Shown in pieces: positions 1-11,264 of a stretch of DNA of 64,000 nucleotides (the stretch's first letter is position 1; each line of letters begins with the position of its first letter). The stretch is from Heteronotia binoei. Its lineage: Eukaryota. The notes beneath the pieces are model-generated. The model saw nothing but the letters and a program-made list of their open reading frames with translations. It was not told where the DNA came from and did not search any database. Where the stretch lies: NCBI RefSeq assembly GCF_032191835.1, contig NC_083229.1, positions 97,588,001 through 97,652,000 on the forward strand, given 5' to 3'. A program made the position numbers and the translations under genes.

Positions 1-669
1 CTTCTCTACCCGCTCTCCAAGTTTGGTGAGGACTGGATTATGGGGTCTGAGTTAGGGCCCCGAAAGAAGGTGTTCCTGTCCTCCATTATTTCCAGTGGAG
101 GAGGGAACAGCAAAAAAAAAAAAAAAGCAAGGGGAATAGAAGCCCTTCAAAATCAAAGTCCCTGATAATCTTGGCAGTAGAAACTAAAGGAGGGCCATTT
201 TTAGAAACCCAGCAGAAACAGTTCAATTTGCCCAGCAGAGCCACTGCCACTGTGGCAGTGCACACCCAACTAAGGTCAAGTCAGGAAAATGTGGGAGGGG
301 AAATGTCAGGCACAGATTCAAAAGTGTATAGAACAGACCCCCTACAAACTACACACACCAAAAACAAAAAGAACCTCACCCTGCCCCCTCTACAATCTCC
401 CCATGGTAGTGGCAGATTATATTTCTGAGGTCCCAATTATGGATCCCCCAAAAAAGGTCTTCCCATTGCTTTCTAAAGACAACTGCAGTTACAGGAGCCT
501 ATGAAATGACTGAGAAACAAGTCAGTGATACCAAATGCACAGGAAAACTTCACTTGGGCAGACACTCCCCTGCCAGACACTGGAAACAAAGCAAGCATCC
601 CCCTTACACTAATCCTCTCCAAGTTTTCAAAGGCAGGTTCTGAAGAACATAAAGGCAGACATCTCCCAG

Positions 670-1230
670 AGTTCCAACAGGGGCTCATAAAAGTAACCCA
701 CAGCAGTGTGAAGGCATTGTAGCCATGCCACACCACACCACCAAGGGAAGCATGCCCACAACTCTCACAGCCTCCCATTGAAGGGTTGAAACAACCCATA
801 GCAAATTCTTCTCCTCTGCAGTGGAAAAGAAACACCCTTCTAGCTGACTTGGCCACCCACAATTCTCTGAAGGGAGATTTGGAAGGACACAAAGGCATAC
901 ATGACAAGACTTCCAATAGGGCTCCCCAAAGTAACCCCATAGCAGCTTGGTAGCACCACAGACCCACCAGACTAGTTGAAATCAGAGTTTTCAATTTAAA
1001 CTGATTAGTGATGCAATGACAGAAAAGCAGAAATCGGACAGAGGATCCCCAAAGTTACCCCATGACAGCTTGGCGGACACCCCAGCCCCACTAGACCAAT
1101 GAAAACCAGTTTTTCATTTAAAATTATTAGTGATCCAATGACTAAAAGGTAGATATCCAACAGGGGTTCCCCAAAGTAACCCCACAACAGCTTGGCAGGC
1201 ACCCCAGCCCCACCAGACAAGCAGCAAAAG
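670..1230. repeat. Degenerate ~122-bp tandem repeat (3-4 copies)
   Basis: Motif ccccaaagt(a/t)accccaNNNcagcttgg recurs at ~924, ~1047 and ~1169 (spacing 123, 122), with a weaker copy at ~690. Confidence 0.6.
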
Positions 1231-3938
1231 TGTTCCCAGTGACCACAACTCTCAAATTCTCCTCTCATTTTTATGCAAAGCAGCCAGAGCACCATCTAAG
1301 ACAATACTATGCAGTTAATTATTTTTTCAAACTAAATCATACTGGCCCAGTGATCTCTTGAAACTGCTGCTGGGACTTCATTAGGGATCATTGGGGTTGC
1401 ACTGGTCTATAGGGCTGCCAAGAGCCACCAAGGGACCCCTGAACCAAGCTTTCACCTGCCCCTTCTATATGGCCATGATCCAAACCATGTGTCTAATTTG
1501 GTGGTTTTATATTTGTGCATACCTGCGTACTAATACTGGACACATCTGATGAAGTGGGCTATGGTTCACAAAAACTTCATTTCACAATAAATCTTTGGTA
1601 AATAAATCACTGAGAAATGTTTCAATTTACCCTTTAACTTTACCTAGCACAAAAGCAGAGGCAAACTGGATAATGTAGTAGTACTGGGATCATGGGGATT
1701 GATTTTGCTGACATTTCCTAAAAAGATTGTGTCATTTGTCACATAACACAAAGCTTAATGTATACAGTAGCAAAGTAGTGTTTATAAAGGGAGATATCCC
1801 ACCAACAACAGTGGTTAAAATGTAATTAAATCTAATGGCGGGGGGGGGGGGAGAATGAGTTCTGTTCCACACGTGTAACCACTAATACAGATTAATATTA
1901 CATTAAATTGCATGTAAAGGGCAGGGGGTGAGTGTCCTTTTAATAGTTTGATAGATAATGGAGAAATACTAACTCCCTCTCTCTCCACATAATATTAAGA
2001 AAGCCTTGCTGCTATATTACCATTAAGTACATTCTAAGTTGTTAACCAGGGATGCGAAGGAGTTGAGACCAAGGCTGACCAATAATAAGGGGGGGGGGGG
2101 AGAGAAAGAAATGAAGGCATATCATGAATGGAATATAGCAAAATGAAGGAAGGAGAAACGTGTGGAAAAGGAGAAGAGAAATTGACCACAGCACCCTAAC
2201 AGCAAAGATCTGAATGAGCATACAGAACTATGGAGTTGGGCAGAAGGAAAGGAAGAGGGAAATGGATTGCTGGAAACAACAACCCTTGTTAGGAGGCTGC
2301 ACCCTGACAATGATTGTTATCAGGCATGAGCTGTGCTGACTCCTTGTTCCAGCGCTGGCTTGGCTTATGGATTTAGGAGGATCTGATAGCCAAGGGTTTC
2401 CTTCAGCCTCATGATAAACTTTGCAGAAAGGCCTGGCCAGCTGTGTCAGAGCAATTCATATTTGCTGTGCTCTGCCTTCCCCTCACCCCACATGACTATA
2501 GTGTAGAACTGCATTAGAAGAAAAATCAGATGGATTCTGAATGTAGCATGACTGCAGCTTCAGGGCCCTCCAGCTGATGGGCCCTGGGAATGTTGACACC
2601 CCAGTCTCCCTACTGGTCCATCAAGGACAGAACTCTTTCCTTCTGCTTCTCCCCATGCACTAGTTTGTTAATGGCAAGTAGTCATTGTGAAATTTACCTA
2701 TTTTGCTGTTTGTAAAATTGGATTAACTTTTTTGTGTTTGTACACTACAAGCCACTTTGGATTCTTATACTATGGTGAAAAGCGGGTGAAAGGATCCTAA
2801 ATAAATATTTATGCCATGGAAATTTGCTTACTGGCCTGATGTAGCCAGTCCATCATCCATGAAGCAAGAGAAAAAAGCTAACCCAAATGGAGGCTGTTTT
2901 GTAATAATCTGTTGACCAGCATGCATGAGCTACACACAGTTGGCAATGGCTTGCATTGCCTCCTATTCTGTGTTTGCATGCAGAGCTGCCTCTCATCTGA
3001 TAAACTAGTTTATTACAGTCTAAAGATTACCCCTTCTTTCTGGTGTACCTAATAAGTCCAGATTGTGTTCCAGATTGAAAGTTTGATTATATAAATGTTT
3101 ATTCAGAAGCACATGTTGAATAGGACTATAACCTTAATATGCCTCATCAAGCCCAATTTCTCTTATGATAAGTCTACTTACAGTAAATAAATGGGAAAGT
3201 TTGTAAGGTACAATCCCTAATGACCAGTATCCTGGCCCTTAACCCACACTTTTGTAATTACATCAGTTTCTTGCAGACATTTGTGGAAAATTTACCCTGC
3301 TATGCTAGGTATCGTTTCCAATAGATTATAGCTATGCATCAGGTATTCTAATTTGTGCTAACCTTGATATATCTGCATCCCAAGAGGTTTTTATAATGGG
3401 ATATCTCTAAGTTTCTAAGATACAACCCCATGCCTCTTAGTTTCTGTCATAAAACAGACTTGCACAATACATTGTTTGATCACAGTTGTGTGACAACAAT
3501 GAATAATGAAGGGAGAAAGAACTCCATTTGAAAGCTGTGCATTTGTTCTCCTGAAGCAGTATCTTCATCATTGGTCTGCCTAACCCATGAGACCAATGAG
3601 AGTTGTCACTTTTTCATTTTTGTCCTGAATCTGTATGACATTATGAAATGCAGACAACATAACTACTCCTTGTACTCCTTTGAGAATATACTTACAGCTG
3701 AATAAATTGAAAACCTCCTTGAAAATTACCTTGGCTACTGTGATAGACATATTGCAAGAGTTTCTTGTCAAGATGATAACCTTAAAAATACAAAGATTTC
3801 AGACAGCTGAGTTGTCAAGATTCCTGCTCAACAAAGATGGCCCACAAAGCTGCCAATCAGCTAAAATAAATACCAGCTGTATTCCAAAAAGGGCAAACTA
3901 CTTTGTAAACCAAAACTATCATCTGAAGATAGCATCAA

Positions 3939-4268
3939 CAGGGGTGGCCAAACTGCAGCTCATATTTTGTGGCTCTCAGAACCCCCACCAACTTGTTGGC
4001 TGGCTTGAAGAAGGCATTTCTCTCTTTAAATCACTTTTCCAAGTCAAGCCAGCTGGAAACTTAAGAGAATGCTTCCTTACCACCTCTCCCTTCTTCCTAC
4101 CTCTCCATCTATTTTCCTTCCTTCCTTCCTTCCTTCCTTCCTTCCTTCCTGCCTGCCTGCCTGCCTGCCTGCTTGCTCTTGAACATCCAACATTCATGTC
4201 TTGTGGCCCTCAAACATCAGACATTTATTCTATGTGGCTCTTATGTTAAGCAAGTTTGGCCATCCCTG
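3939..4268 (-). mobile_element. hAT-type MITE (TIR CAGGGGTGGCCAAACT) containing a (TTCC)n/(GCCT)n microsatellite
   Basis: caggggtggccaaact at 3939 and agtttggccatccctg ending at 4268. Same family as 26461-26739 in the opposite orientation. TSD not recognisable. Microsatellite at 4114-4172. Confidence 0.75.
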
Positions 4269-4841
4269 ATTTAGTCTTCTGTGAGAAAAGACCCCTAATT
4301 TTCAGAACATCATAGTCACCCGTTTGGTTGCTAGGGTGCCTGGAGATTCAACTCACACACATCTGCCAGGAGAACGTGGGTTTTGTCTACCAGACTGTAA
4401 GGGGCTTATGTGAGTACTAACAGCCACAACGTTGCAGCAGCACTCCGTGTCTCTGGAAGAGCGCTAACCAGGAGAACAGATGGGTTTCCAGTCGCTCCAT
4501 GCGATCACCATCTCGGCCGTTGCAGCGGAAGAAGTTGCGCCGCCAGGAACTATCCAGGCAAGTGGTTTCCAGCCTTGACCATAGAATCCATATGGGAAGG
4601 CTAACATCACCAGCAACTATCTTCCTGCAGTACCAGACTCCATTACAACGAAGCAGGAGGCTCACGTACTCAACAGGTGTCACCTATGCATAAGGCAATC
4701 AAGCTTATCTTAGGCACGGATCCTCTCAGACTGCCTAAGCCTTTGTCCAATGGAACCCAAGACAAAGGATGGTGCCAGTAGAGGAATGAAGAAGAGGAAG
4801 AACATCTTCACCCAGAGCCAAGTTTCTTTGTATAGATCAGG

Positions 4842-5548
4842 TGTTACCTTAGGTAGCAATTTGACCATCTATTGTCACCTTTTAGATAAGTTTTGATAGC
4901 CTTTAATCACCTCCACCCCAATTATTTCACCCATTCTTTCCCTTAATGGCCATCCTGGAGCCTCCCCCTTTGGCCCATTGTTACCTGGAAGTCCAATCAG
5001 GTAACCAGGGCCAGGTCTGCTCATTAGCCAGGTATGGGCATCCAATCAGGTGCCCCCAATAAACTGGCTATTGGCTACCACATAAGTCCAGCCCTTATGG
5101 TCATTGTGGAGCCTCCCCTTTTTCTGAGGTCATGTACCAGCTGACCACATGTCATCCGCCCCTGTACCTCCCATCCCCTAAAGGCTGAAGGTAGTCCTTA
5201 TAACTACAGTCCCAACTCCTCACAGGTGTGCATCTAGCAGTACCCCATTCCTGCTGTTTAGATACAACCCCAACTCTTGGCCAGTTGAGGGTCCCCTTCC
5301 CCCTAGTCCTCGTTTGTCGCCATTGGAGCCTTCCTTGAAGACTACGATCGGTAATTATCATCCTGTTTGTCCATCCTTATGTTACCTCTATGCATTTCTC
5401 TCTATTTTTATTAGGTCTGTATGTATGTTATATGAGTCTATTACCTTGTATGTGTGTGTTCTATATTTTTCTGTAATAAATTCATGGTTGTTTTACTTAG
5501 TGTCTTTGGTAAATTTGACAATAATTTCTGGAAGTGGAATCCTGTATA
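4842..5548 (+). mobile_element. Possible solo LTR (unclassified)
   Basis: Begins tgttacc and ends ...gtataca; repeated ccaatcagg boxes, TATA-like ttataa near 5198, aataaa near 5475. No convincing TSD, so boundaries are uncertain. Confidence 0.3.
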
Positions 5549-5780
5549 CATAGATTCTAGATCCTTTTAAAACCAAAGGTGCCCACCTGTCAATTCCCCA
5601 ACCTCTTTTGAGGGCATTTTGGCTTACACTTCTCAAAATACATCTGACAAGGTTAGTGCTAACCAATATAAATAGTCAGCATTCATATCTTGAAGCTAGA
5701 AAAAAACCAATGGCGATAAACCTATTTTCTTCTCTACAGCTACACAAATGTTGTTGAATGTCTTGAGAATGGCCAACTAG

Positions 5781-6375
5781 CTAATATGATTCCAGGATTG
5801 AGTCCGCTATGTTGGCATTGTAAACTTTCTAAAGGTTGGTATGCTCATATGTGGTGGGAATGCCCAGTAGTAAAGACCTTTTGGAACAAAATTATCAAAA
5901 TAATCAGAAAAGTATGCAATATAACATTAACCATAGAGTTTAATCTTATGTTGGCAAGCATAATAGGTGGCCTGATAATAGACAGGATTATGCAAAATTT
6001 AGTCAAGGCTATGGTATTGGCGGGTAAGGCGGTCATCGCTTTGGATTTGGAAGGACAAAAGTAAATGGACAGTAGAAATCTGGCACAATTATTTGTTTGA
6101 ATTTATACAGTCAGACATCGTGGCGGTACTTAACAAGGAGACAACATGGGATGTGAAAACCAAGGAAATTATGACCAGATGGAAGACCTACCTAGAATGG
6201 ACAGCGATAGAAGGAAGGACGGACATTCAGTGGAAGACTAAGACTTTGTGCCCATGGCCGGGGGGAAGAGACTAGGAGCAAAGGGGGGGGGGAGGAAGGG
6301 TGGGTTGGAAATAAAAATATTTGTTGTAATGGACTAAATAGAATAACAAATAAAGACTATTTATTAAAAAAAAGA
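5781..6375 (+). mobile_element. 5'-truncated L1/Tx1-type LINE 3' end with TSD
   Basis: ORF 5786-6064 encodes the L1 ORF2 C-terminal cysteine motif (CWHC...HMWWECP..KTFW). G-rich 3'UTR and poly(A) at 6366-6373. Perfect 16-bp TSD gagaatggccaactag at 5765-5780 and 6376-6391. Confidence 0.85.
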
Positions 6376-7375
6376 GAGAATGGCCAACTAGATAGGCTCA
6401 TTGTGTGGCATCTGTTTACTGATATCATCAGGTTAGGAACATGCAATAAGATGAGTGCAGTGACCTCTCTTTCACTGAAGGGGGACAGAGAATACTCAGA
6501 GGACACAACAATAGACTAGTGATAGCCCCCAAGATGCTGAATCCTTTTAACAGACTGTTCCGTTTCACTGAGGAAATTTACTTCAATACAGGTTTGATGC
6601 TCAAATTATGTTTGATCTGAGCTAGCTGTGCATGTCCCAAACTCAAATGTGGCTGTATTCAGGCAAGATGAGTTGTTGCTTTACCAATCTTTTTGTAAGC
6701 TCTTTTCTTAGATCAATGGCCTCTTTCTTCCCATTGTCTCATAGAAGGCTATTGAAACAAGTTGCTGGTGTGCATCACTGGCAGTATATTGCATCATTTC
6801 TGTTTTAGAGATGCTTGAACATCTGAGTCTGGCTCACTTCCTGTTCACCAGTGGAGATCAGTCAGCCAATTAATCAATGGGTTAATTCACAGCCTGTTTT
6901 GTGTGTGCCCACAGGAACAGGCAGCCATCAGAAACCAACTCCAAGATGGTGAGGGATCAGCTGGAAGTCAGCTTCTGATCTCTTGTTGGAGAAATTTTGC
7001 TTTGTACTGAATGAAGTTTTATTGGGGAGGGGGTGCAAAGATGTTCTGCTTTGCTTTGTGAATGTTAGATTTGCACTGTATGAATGTTCAGTGGTTATGA
7101 TCAAACTGGTCAAAAGAAAGAGCCGGTATTCCACACACACCCCTTCTCAATTCCTTCTGGACCCATGTTGAAGAATCTTATAGCAGTAAAAACATTAGTA
7201 ATGCTAATTAGAACAAGTGAACCTTAAAAGTTACTACATGGCTCTATCTAGTCTTTTCCTTTCTGTTCCAGCTTGGATGGAAGAGAAATAAGCTCTTTGG
7301 CCTCTCCTTTTGCAATTGCACTCAGCTACCCAGTGAAGTTGCAAAAGGGAGAAGAGAAAGAGTTCGTTTTGCTGA

Positions 7376-7924
7376 GTGAGTAGAGTCAAGGAACCATCCC
7401 TGAGCAGGGGGAGAGGGGGGGTATTGGTAGTTGGTGATTCGATCATTAGGCAAGTAGACAGCCGGGTGGCGAAACCGCGTACTGACCGTATGGTGACTTG
7501 CCTGCCTGGTGCGAAGGTAGCGGACATTACGCGTGTAGTAGATAGACTGATAGACAGTGCTGGGGAGGAGCCTGTGGTCGTGGTGCATGTTGGCACCAAC
7601 GATGTGGGGAAATGCAGTCGTGAGGTCCTGGAGGAAAAATTTAGGCTGCTAGGCGGGAGACTTAAGGCCAGGACCTCCAAGGTAGCCTTCTCGGAAGTGC
7701 TACCTGTTCCACGTGCAGGGCAGGAGAGACAGGCACAAATTAGAAGTCTCAATGTGTGGATGAGACGATGGTGTAAGGAGGAAGGGTTTAAGTTTGTTAG
7801 GCACTGGGATGCTTTCTGGAACAAGCGGGAGCTGTACAAAAGAGACGGTCTCCACTTGTCCCCGGATGGAACCAGGCTGCTGGCGCTTAAAATCAAAAAG
7901 GTGGCAGAGCAGTTTTTAAACTAA
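7376..7924 (+). CDS. CR1 ORF1 C-terminal SGNH/GDSL esterase domain (N-terminus missing)
   Basis: GDSII (block I), LPGAKV, VGTND (block III), DGLHL (block V). No ATG start, and an in-frame TGA lies immediately upstream (7373-7375). Confidence 0.85.
   Translation: MSRVKEPSLSRGRGGVLVVGDSIIRQVDSRVAKPRTDRMVTCLPGAKVADITRVVDRLIDSAGEEPVVVVHVGTNDVGKCSREVLEEKFRLLGGRLKARTSKVAFSEVLPVPRAGQERQAQIRSLNVWMRRWCKEEGFKFVRHWDAFWNKRELYKRDGLHLSPDGTRLLALKIKKVAEQFLN
7915..7921 (+). promoter_or_regulatory. Candidate -1 programmed ribosomal frameshift slippery site U_UUA_AAC
   Basis: T-TTA-AAC is in the ORF1 frame directly before TAA (7922-7924). The -1 frame is open from 7891 through to the ORF2 ATG at 7954. Confidence 0.55.
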
Positions 7925-7953
7925 ATCTTGGGGGAAAGCCGACAGGAGATGAA

Positions 7954-10920
7954 ATGTCTCTGGTTCGGGAGGACTCGTCTCAAAGAGATGAAGGGTTAGC
8001 TGCTATTTTTCTACCGGGTAACGGACCGGAGTTGTCCACTGTGAAGGTGACAAACAATATGGACTGTCTGCCAGTGTCTCGAGGAGGCAGGAGGAAGGTG
8101 GCGGGCCTAGCTCGCCTGGGAAATTATAGATGTTTGTATGCAAATGCTAGAAGTGTTCAAAGTAAAATTGGTGAATTGGAATGTTTAGTGCTGGGAGAAA
8201 ACATAGACATTGTGGGAATTTCAGAAACTTGGTGGAATGAGGAGAATCAGTGGGACACGGTGATTCCTGGATATAAGCTATATCGGAAGGATAGGGAGGG
8301 AAGGGTTGGAGGTGGGGTGGCTCTGTATGTCAGAGAGGATATACGGTCCAGTAAGGCTGAGATCAGAGAATTAGATTCACTTTTAGAAATGCTTTGGGTT
8401 GAAATAGAGGGCCCAAAAGGAAATTTAACTATGGGAGTTTGTTATCGCCCACCAAATCAAAAGAGAGAGGACGATTATAATATGATGGAAGGCTTAAAGA
8501 TAGCGGCTAAACGTAAAAACTGTGTTGTAATAGGTGATTTTAACTACCCGCAGATTGATTGGGTCAATATGTGTTCTGGTCGAGAGAAAGAGATTGAGTT
8601 TCTTGATGCTCTCAATGACTGTGCTATGGAGCAGATGGTCTCAGAACCTACCAGGGGTGGGGCGATCCTGGATTTGGTCCTAAGTAATGCCCAAGACTTG
8701 GTGAGAGATGTAAAAGTGATTGCGCCGCTTGGGAGCAGTGACCATAATGTTATTGATTTCACCGTTTGTATAAATAGGGAGTTGCCCCAAAAGACCACCA
8801 CAACCACGTTTAACTTTAAAAGGGGTAAATACACTGAGATGAGGAGGCATGTGAGGAAGAAACTGAAAGGAAAGGTACATACGGTCAAAACCCTTGAGAA
8901 AGCTTGGACGCTATTTAAAACTATAATCCTAGAAGCTCAGATAAAATACATACCACAAGTTAGGAAAGGCACAAACAGGCATAAGAAAAGGCCTGCGTGG
9001 TTAACAAATAAAGTAATGGAAGCTGTAAAAGGTAAGAAGGACTCCTTTAAGCGGTGGAAAACCAGTCCAAGTGAGATTAATAAAAGGGAACACAGGCAGT
9101 GGCAAATCAAATGCAAGACTGTGATCAGGCAGGCAAAAAGGGACTATGAGGAGCATATTGCAAAAAACATAAAGACCAACAATAAAACTTTCTTCAAATA
9201 TATTAGAAGTAGGAAACCAGCCAGGGAGGCAGTGGGGCCCTTGGATGACCATGGGGTAAAAGGATTACTGAAGGAGGATAGGGAAATGGCTGAAAAGCTA
9301 AATGAATTTTTTGCCTCCGTCTTCACTGTAGAAGACGAGAACTTTTTGCCCGCCCCAGAACCACTAATTTTGGAAGGGGTGTTGAAAGACCTGAGTCAGA
9401 TTGAGGTGACAAATGAGGAGGTCCTACAACTGATAGACAAATTAAAAACTAATAAGTCACCGGGTCCGGATGGCATACATCCGAGAGTTCTGAAGGAACT
9501 CAAAGTTGAACTTGTGGATCTTCTAACAAAAATCTGTAATCTTTCATTGAAATCTGCCTCCATTCCTGAGGACTGGAAGGTAGCAAATGTCACCCCCATC
9601 TTTAAAAAAGGTTCCAGAGGAGATCCGGGAAACTACAGGCCAGTCAGTCTGACTTCAATACCGGGAAAGTTGGTAGAAACCATTATCAAGGACAGAATGA
9701 GTAGGCACATTGATGAACACGGGTTATTGAGGAAGACTCAGCATGGGTTCTGCAAGGGAAGATCTTGCCTCACTAACCTGTTGCATTTCTTTGAGGGGGT
9801 GAACAAACATGTGGACAAAGGAGACCCGATAGATGTTGTTTACCTTGACTTCCAGAAAGCTTTTGATAAAGTTCCTCATCAAAGGCTCCTTAGAAAGCTT
9901 GAGAATCATGGAGTAAAAGGACAGGTCCTCTTGTGGATCAAAAACTGGCTGAGTAATAGGAAGCAGAGAGTGAGTATAAATGGGCAGTCTTCGCAGTGGA
10001 GGACGGTAAGCAGTGGGGTGCCGCAGGGCTCGGTACTGGGTCCCATGCTTTTTAACTTGTTCATAAATGATTTAGAGTTCGGAGTGAGCAGTGAAGTGGC
10101 CAAGTTTGCGGATGACACTAAATTGTTCAGGGTGGTGAGAACCAGAGAGGATTGTGAGGAACTCCAAAGGGATCTGTTGAGGCTGGGTGAGTGGGCGTCA
10201 ACGTGGCAGATGCGGTTCAATGTGGCCAAGTGCAAAGTAATGCACATTGGGGCTAAGAATCCCAGCTACAAATACAAGTTGATGGGGTGTGAACTGGCAG
10301 AGACTGATCAAGAGAGAGATCTTGGGGTCATGATAGATAACTCACTGAAAGTGTCAAGACAGTGTGCGTTTGCAATAAAAAAGGCCAATGCCATGCTGGG
10401 AATTATTAGGAAGGGAATTGAAAACAAATCAGCCAGTATCATAATGCCCCTGTATAAATCGATGGTGCGGTCTCATTTGGAGTACTGTGTGCAGTTCTGG
10501 TCGCCGCACCTCAAAAAGGATATTATAGCTTTAGAGAAGGTGCAGAGAAGGGCAACTAGAATGATTAAAGGGCTGGAGCACTTTCCCTATGAAGAAAGGT
10601 TGAAACGCTTGGGACTCTTTAGCTTGGAGAAACGTCGACTGCGGGGTGACATGATAGAGGTTTACAAGATAATGCATGGAATGGAGAAAGTAGAGAAAGA
10701 AGTACTTTTCTCCCTTTCTCACAATACAAGAACTCGTGGGCATTCGATGAAATTGCTGAGCAGACAGGTTAAGACGGATAAAAGGAAGTACTTCTTCACC
10801 CAAAGGGTGATTAACATGTGGAATTCACTGCCACAGGAGGTGGTGGCGGCCACAAGTATAGCCACCTTCAAGAGAGGTTTAGATAAAAATATGGAGCACA
10901 GGTCCATCAGTGGCTATTAG
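7954..10920 (+). CDS. CR1 ORF2: APE endonuclease + reverse transcriptase (988 aa, uninterrupted)
   Basis: EN motifs YANARS, ISETWW, GDFNYP, LDLVL, SDHN. RT motifs YRPVSLTS, QHGF, YLDFQKAFD, GVPQGSVLGP, KFADDTK. Confidence 0.97.
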   Translation: MSLVREDSSQRDEGLAAIFLPGNGPELSTVKVTNNMDCLPVSRGGRRKVAGLARLGNYRCLYANARSVQSKIGELECLVLGENIDIVGISETWWNEENQWDTVIPGYKLYRKDREGRVGGGVALYVREDIRSSKAEIRELDSLLEMLWVEIEGPKGNLTMGVCYRPPNQKREDDYNMMEGLKIAAKRKNCVVIGDFNYPQIDWVNMCSGREKEIEFLDALNDCAMEQMVSEPTRGGAILDLVLSNAQDLVRDVKVIAPLGSSDHNVIDFTVCINRELPQKTTTTTFNFKRGKYTEMRRHVRKKLKGKVHTVKTLEKAWTLFKTIILEAQIKYIPQVRKGTNRHKKRPAWLTNKVMEAVKGKKDSFKRWKTSPSEINKREHRQWQIKCKTVIRQAKRDYEEHIAKNIKTNNKTFFKYIRSRKPAREAVGPLDDHGVKGLLKEDREMAEKLNEFFASVFTVEDENFLPAPEPLILEGVLKDLSQIEVTNEEVLQLIDKLKTNKSPGPDGIHPRVLKELKVELVDLLTKICNLSLKSASIPEDWKVANVTPIFKKGSRGDPGNYRPVSLTSIPGKLVETIIKDRMSRHIDEHGLLRKTQHGFCKGRSCLTNLLHFFEGVNKHVDKGDPIDVVYLDFQKAFDKVPHQRLLRKLENHGVKGQVLLWIKNWLSNRKQRVSINGQSSQWRTVSSGVPQGSVLGPMLFNLFINDLEFGVSSEVAKFADDTKLFRVVRTREDCEELQRDLLRLGEWASTWQMRFNVAKCKVMHIGAKNPSYKYKLMGCELAETDQERDLGVMIDNSLKVSRQCAFAIKKANAMLGIIRKGIENKSASIIMPLYKSMVRSHLEYCVQFWSPHLKKDIIALEKVQRRATRMIKGLEHFPYEERLKRLGLFSLEKRRLRGDMIEVYKIMHGMEKVEKEVLFSLSHNTRTRGHSMKLLSRQVKTDKRKYFFTQRVINMWNSLPQEVVAATSIATFKRGLDKNMEHRSISGY

Positions 10921-10968
10921 CCACAGTGTATGGAGCACAGGTCCATCAGTGGCTATTAGCCACAGTGT
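10891..10968 (+). repeat. Perfect 39-bp tandem duplication spanning the CR1 ORF2 stop codon
   Basis: atggagcacaggtccatcagtggctattagccacagtgt at 10891-10929 and 10930-10968. Confidence 0.95.
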
Positions 10969-11092
10969 ATGTGTGTATATAACATTTTTTGCCACTGTGT
11001 GACACAGAGTGTTGGACTTGATGGGCCGTTGGCCTGATCCAACATGGCTTCTCTTATGTTCTTATGTTCTTATGTCAGAACTACCTCCCAGC

Positions 11093-11264
11093 CAATGTTC
11101 CCTCTAAGCTGAGCTAGCTCACAGATTTTTAGCTTCCAGCTCACACATTTTTGTCTTAGCTCAGGAAGGATGACCCCAGAGCACCCTAATTTATGCAGTA
11201 GCTCACAACGTTAATGCCAGTAGAATTTTTGCTCACAAGACGCTGCAGCTTAGAGGGAACTTTG
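11093..11264. mobile_element. hAT MITE (TIR CAGTGTTCCCTCTAAG family)
   Basis: caatgttccctctaagctg ... cagcttagagggaactttg, with a perfect 8-bp TSD ctcccagc (11085-11092, 11265-11272). Confidence 0.85.

Larger units (their letters stand above)
7376..11074 (+). mobile_element. Young CR1 LINE, probably 5'-truncated within ORF1
   Basis: SGNH esterase ORF1, intact EN-RT ORF2, CR1-type 3'UTR and an 8-bp tail (c/t)tcttatg x3 at 11051-11074. The 5' boundary is approximate. Confidence 0.95.

Noticed and set aside
3680-4249. 189-aa ORF
   Set aside because: It runs through a MITE and a (TTCC)/(GCCT) microsatellite, giving LPSF/LPAC repeats, and has no recognisable domain.
4380-4740. CpG-retaining stretch with several short ORFs
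   Set aside because: No frame resembles a protein I recognise and there are no convincing splice boundaries; left unannotated.
7234-7896. 220-aa antisense ORF, plus other antisense ORFs over the CR1
   Set aside because: These are shadow ORFs opposite genuine CR1 coding sequence.
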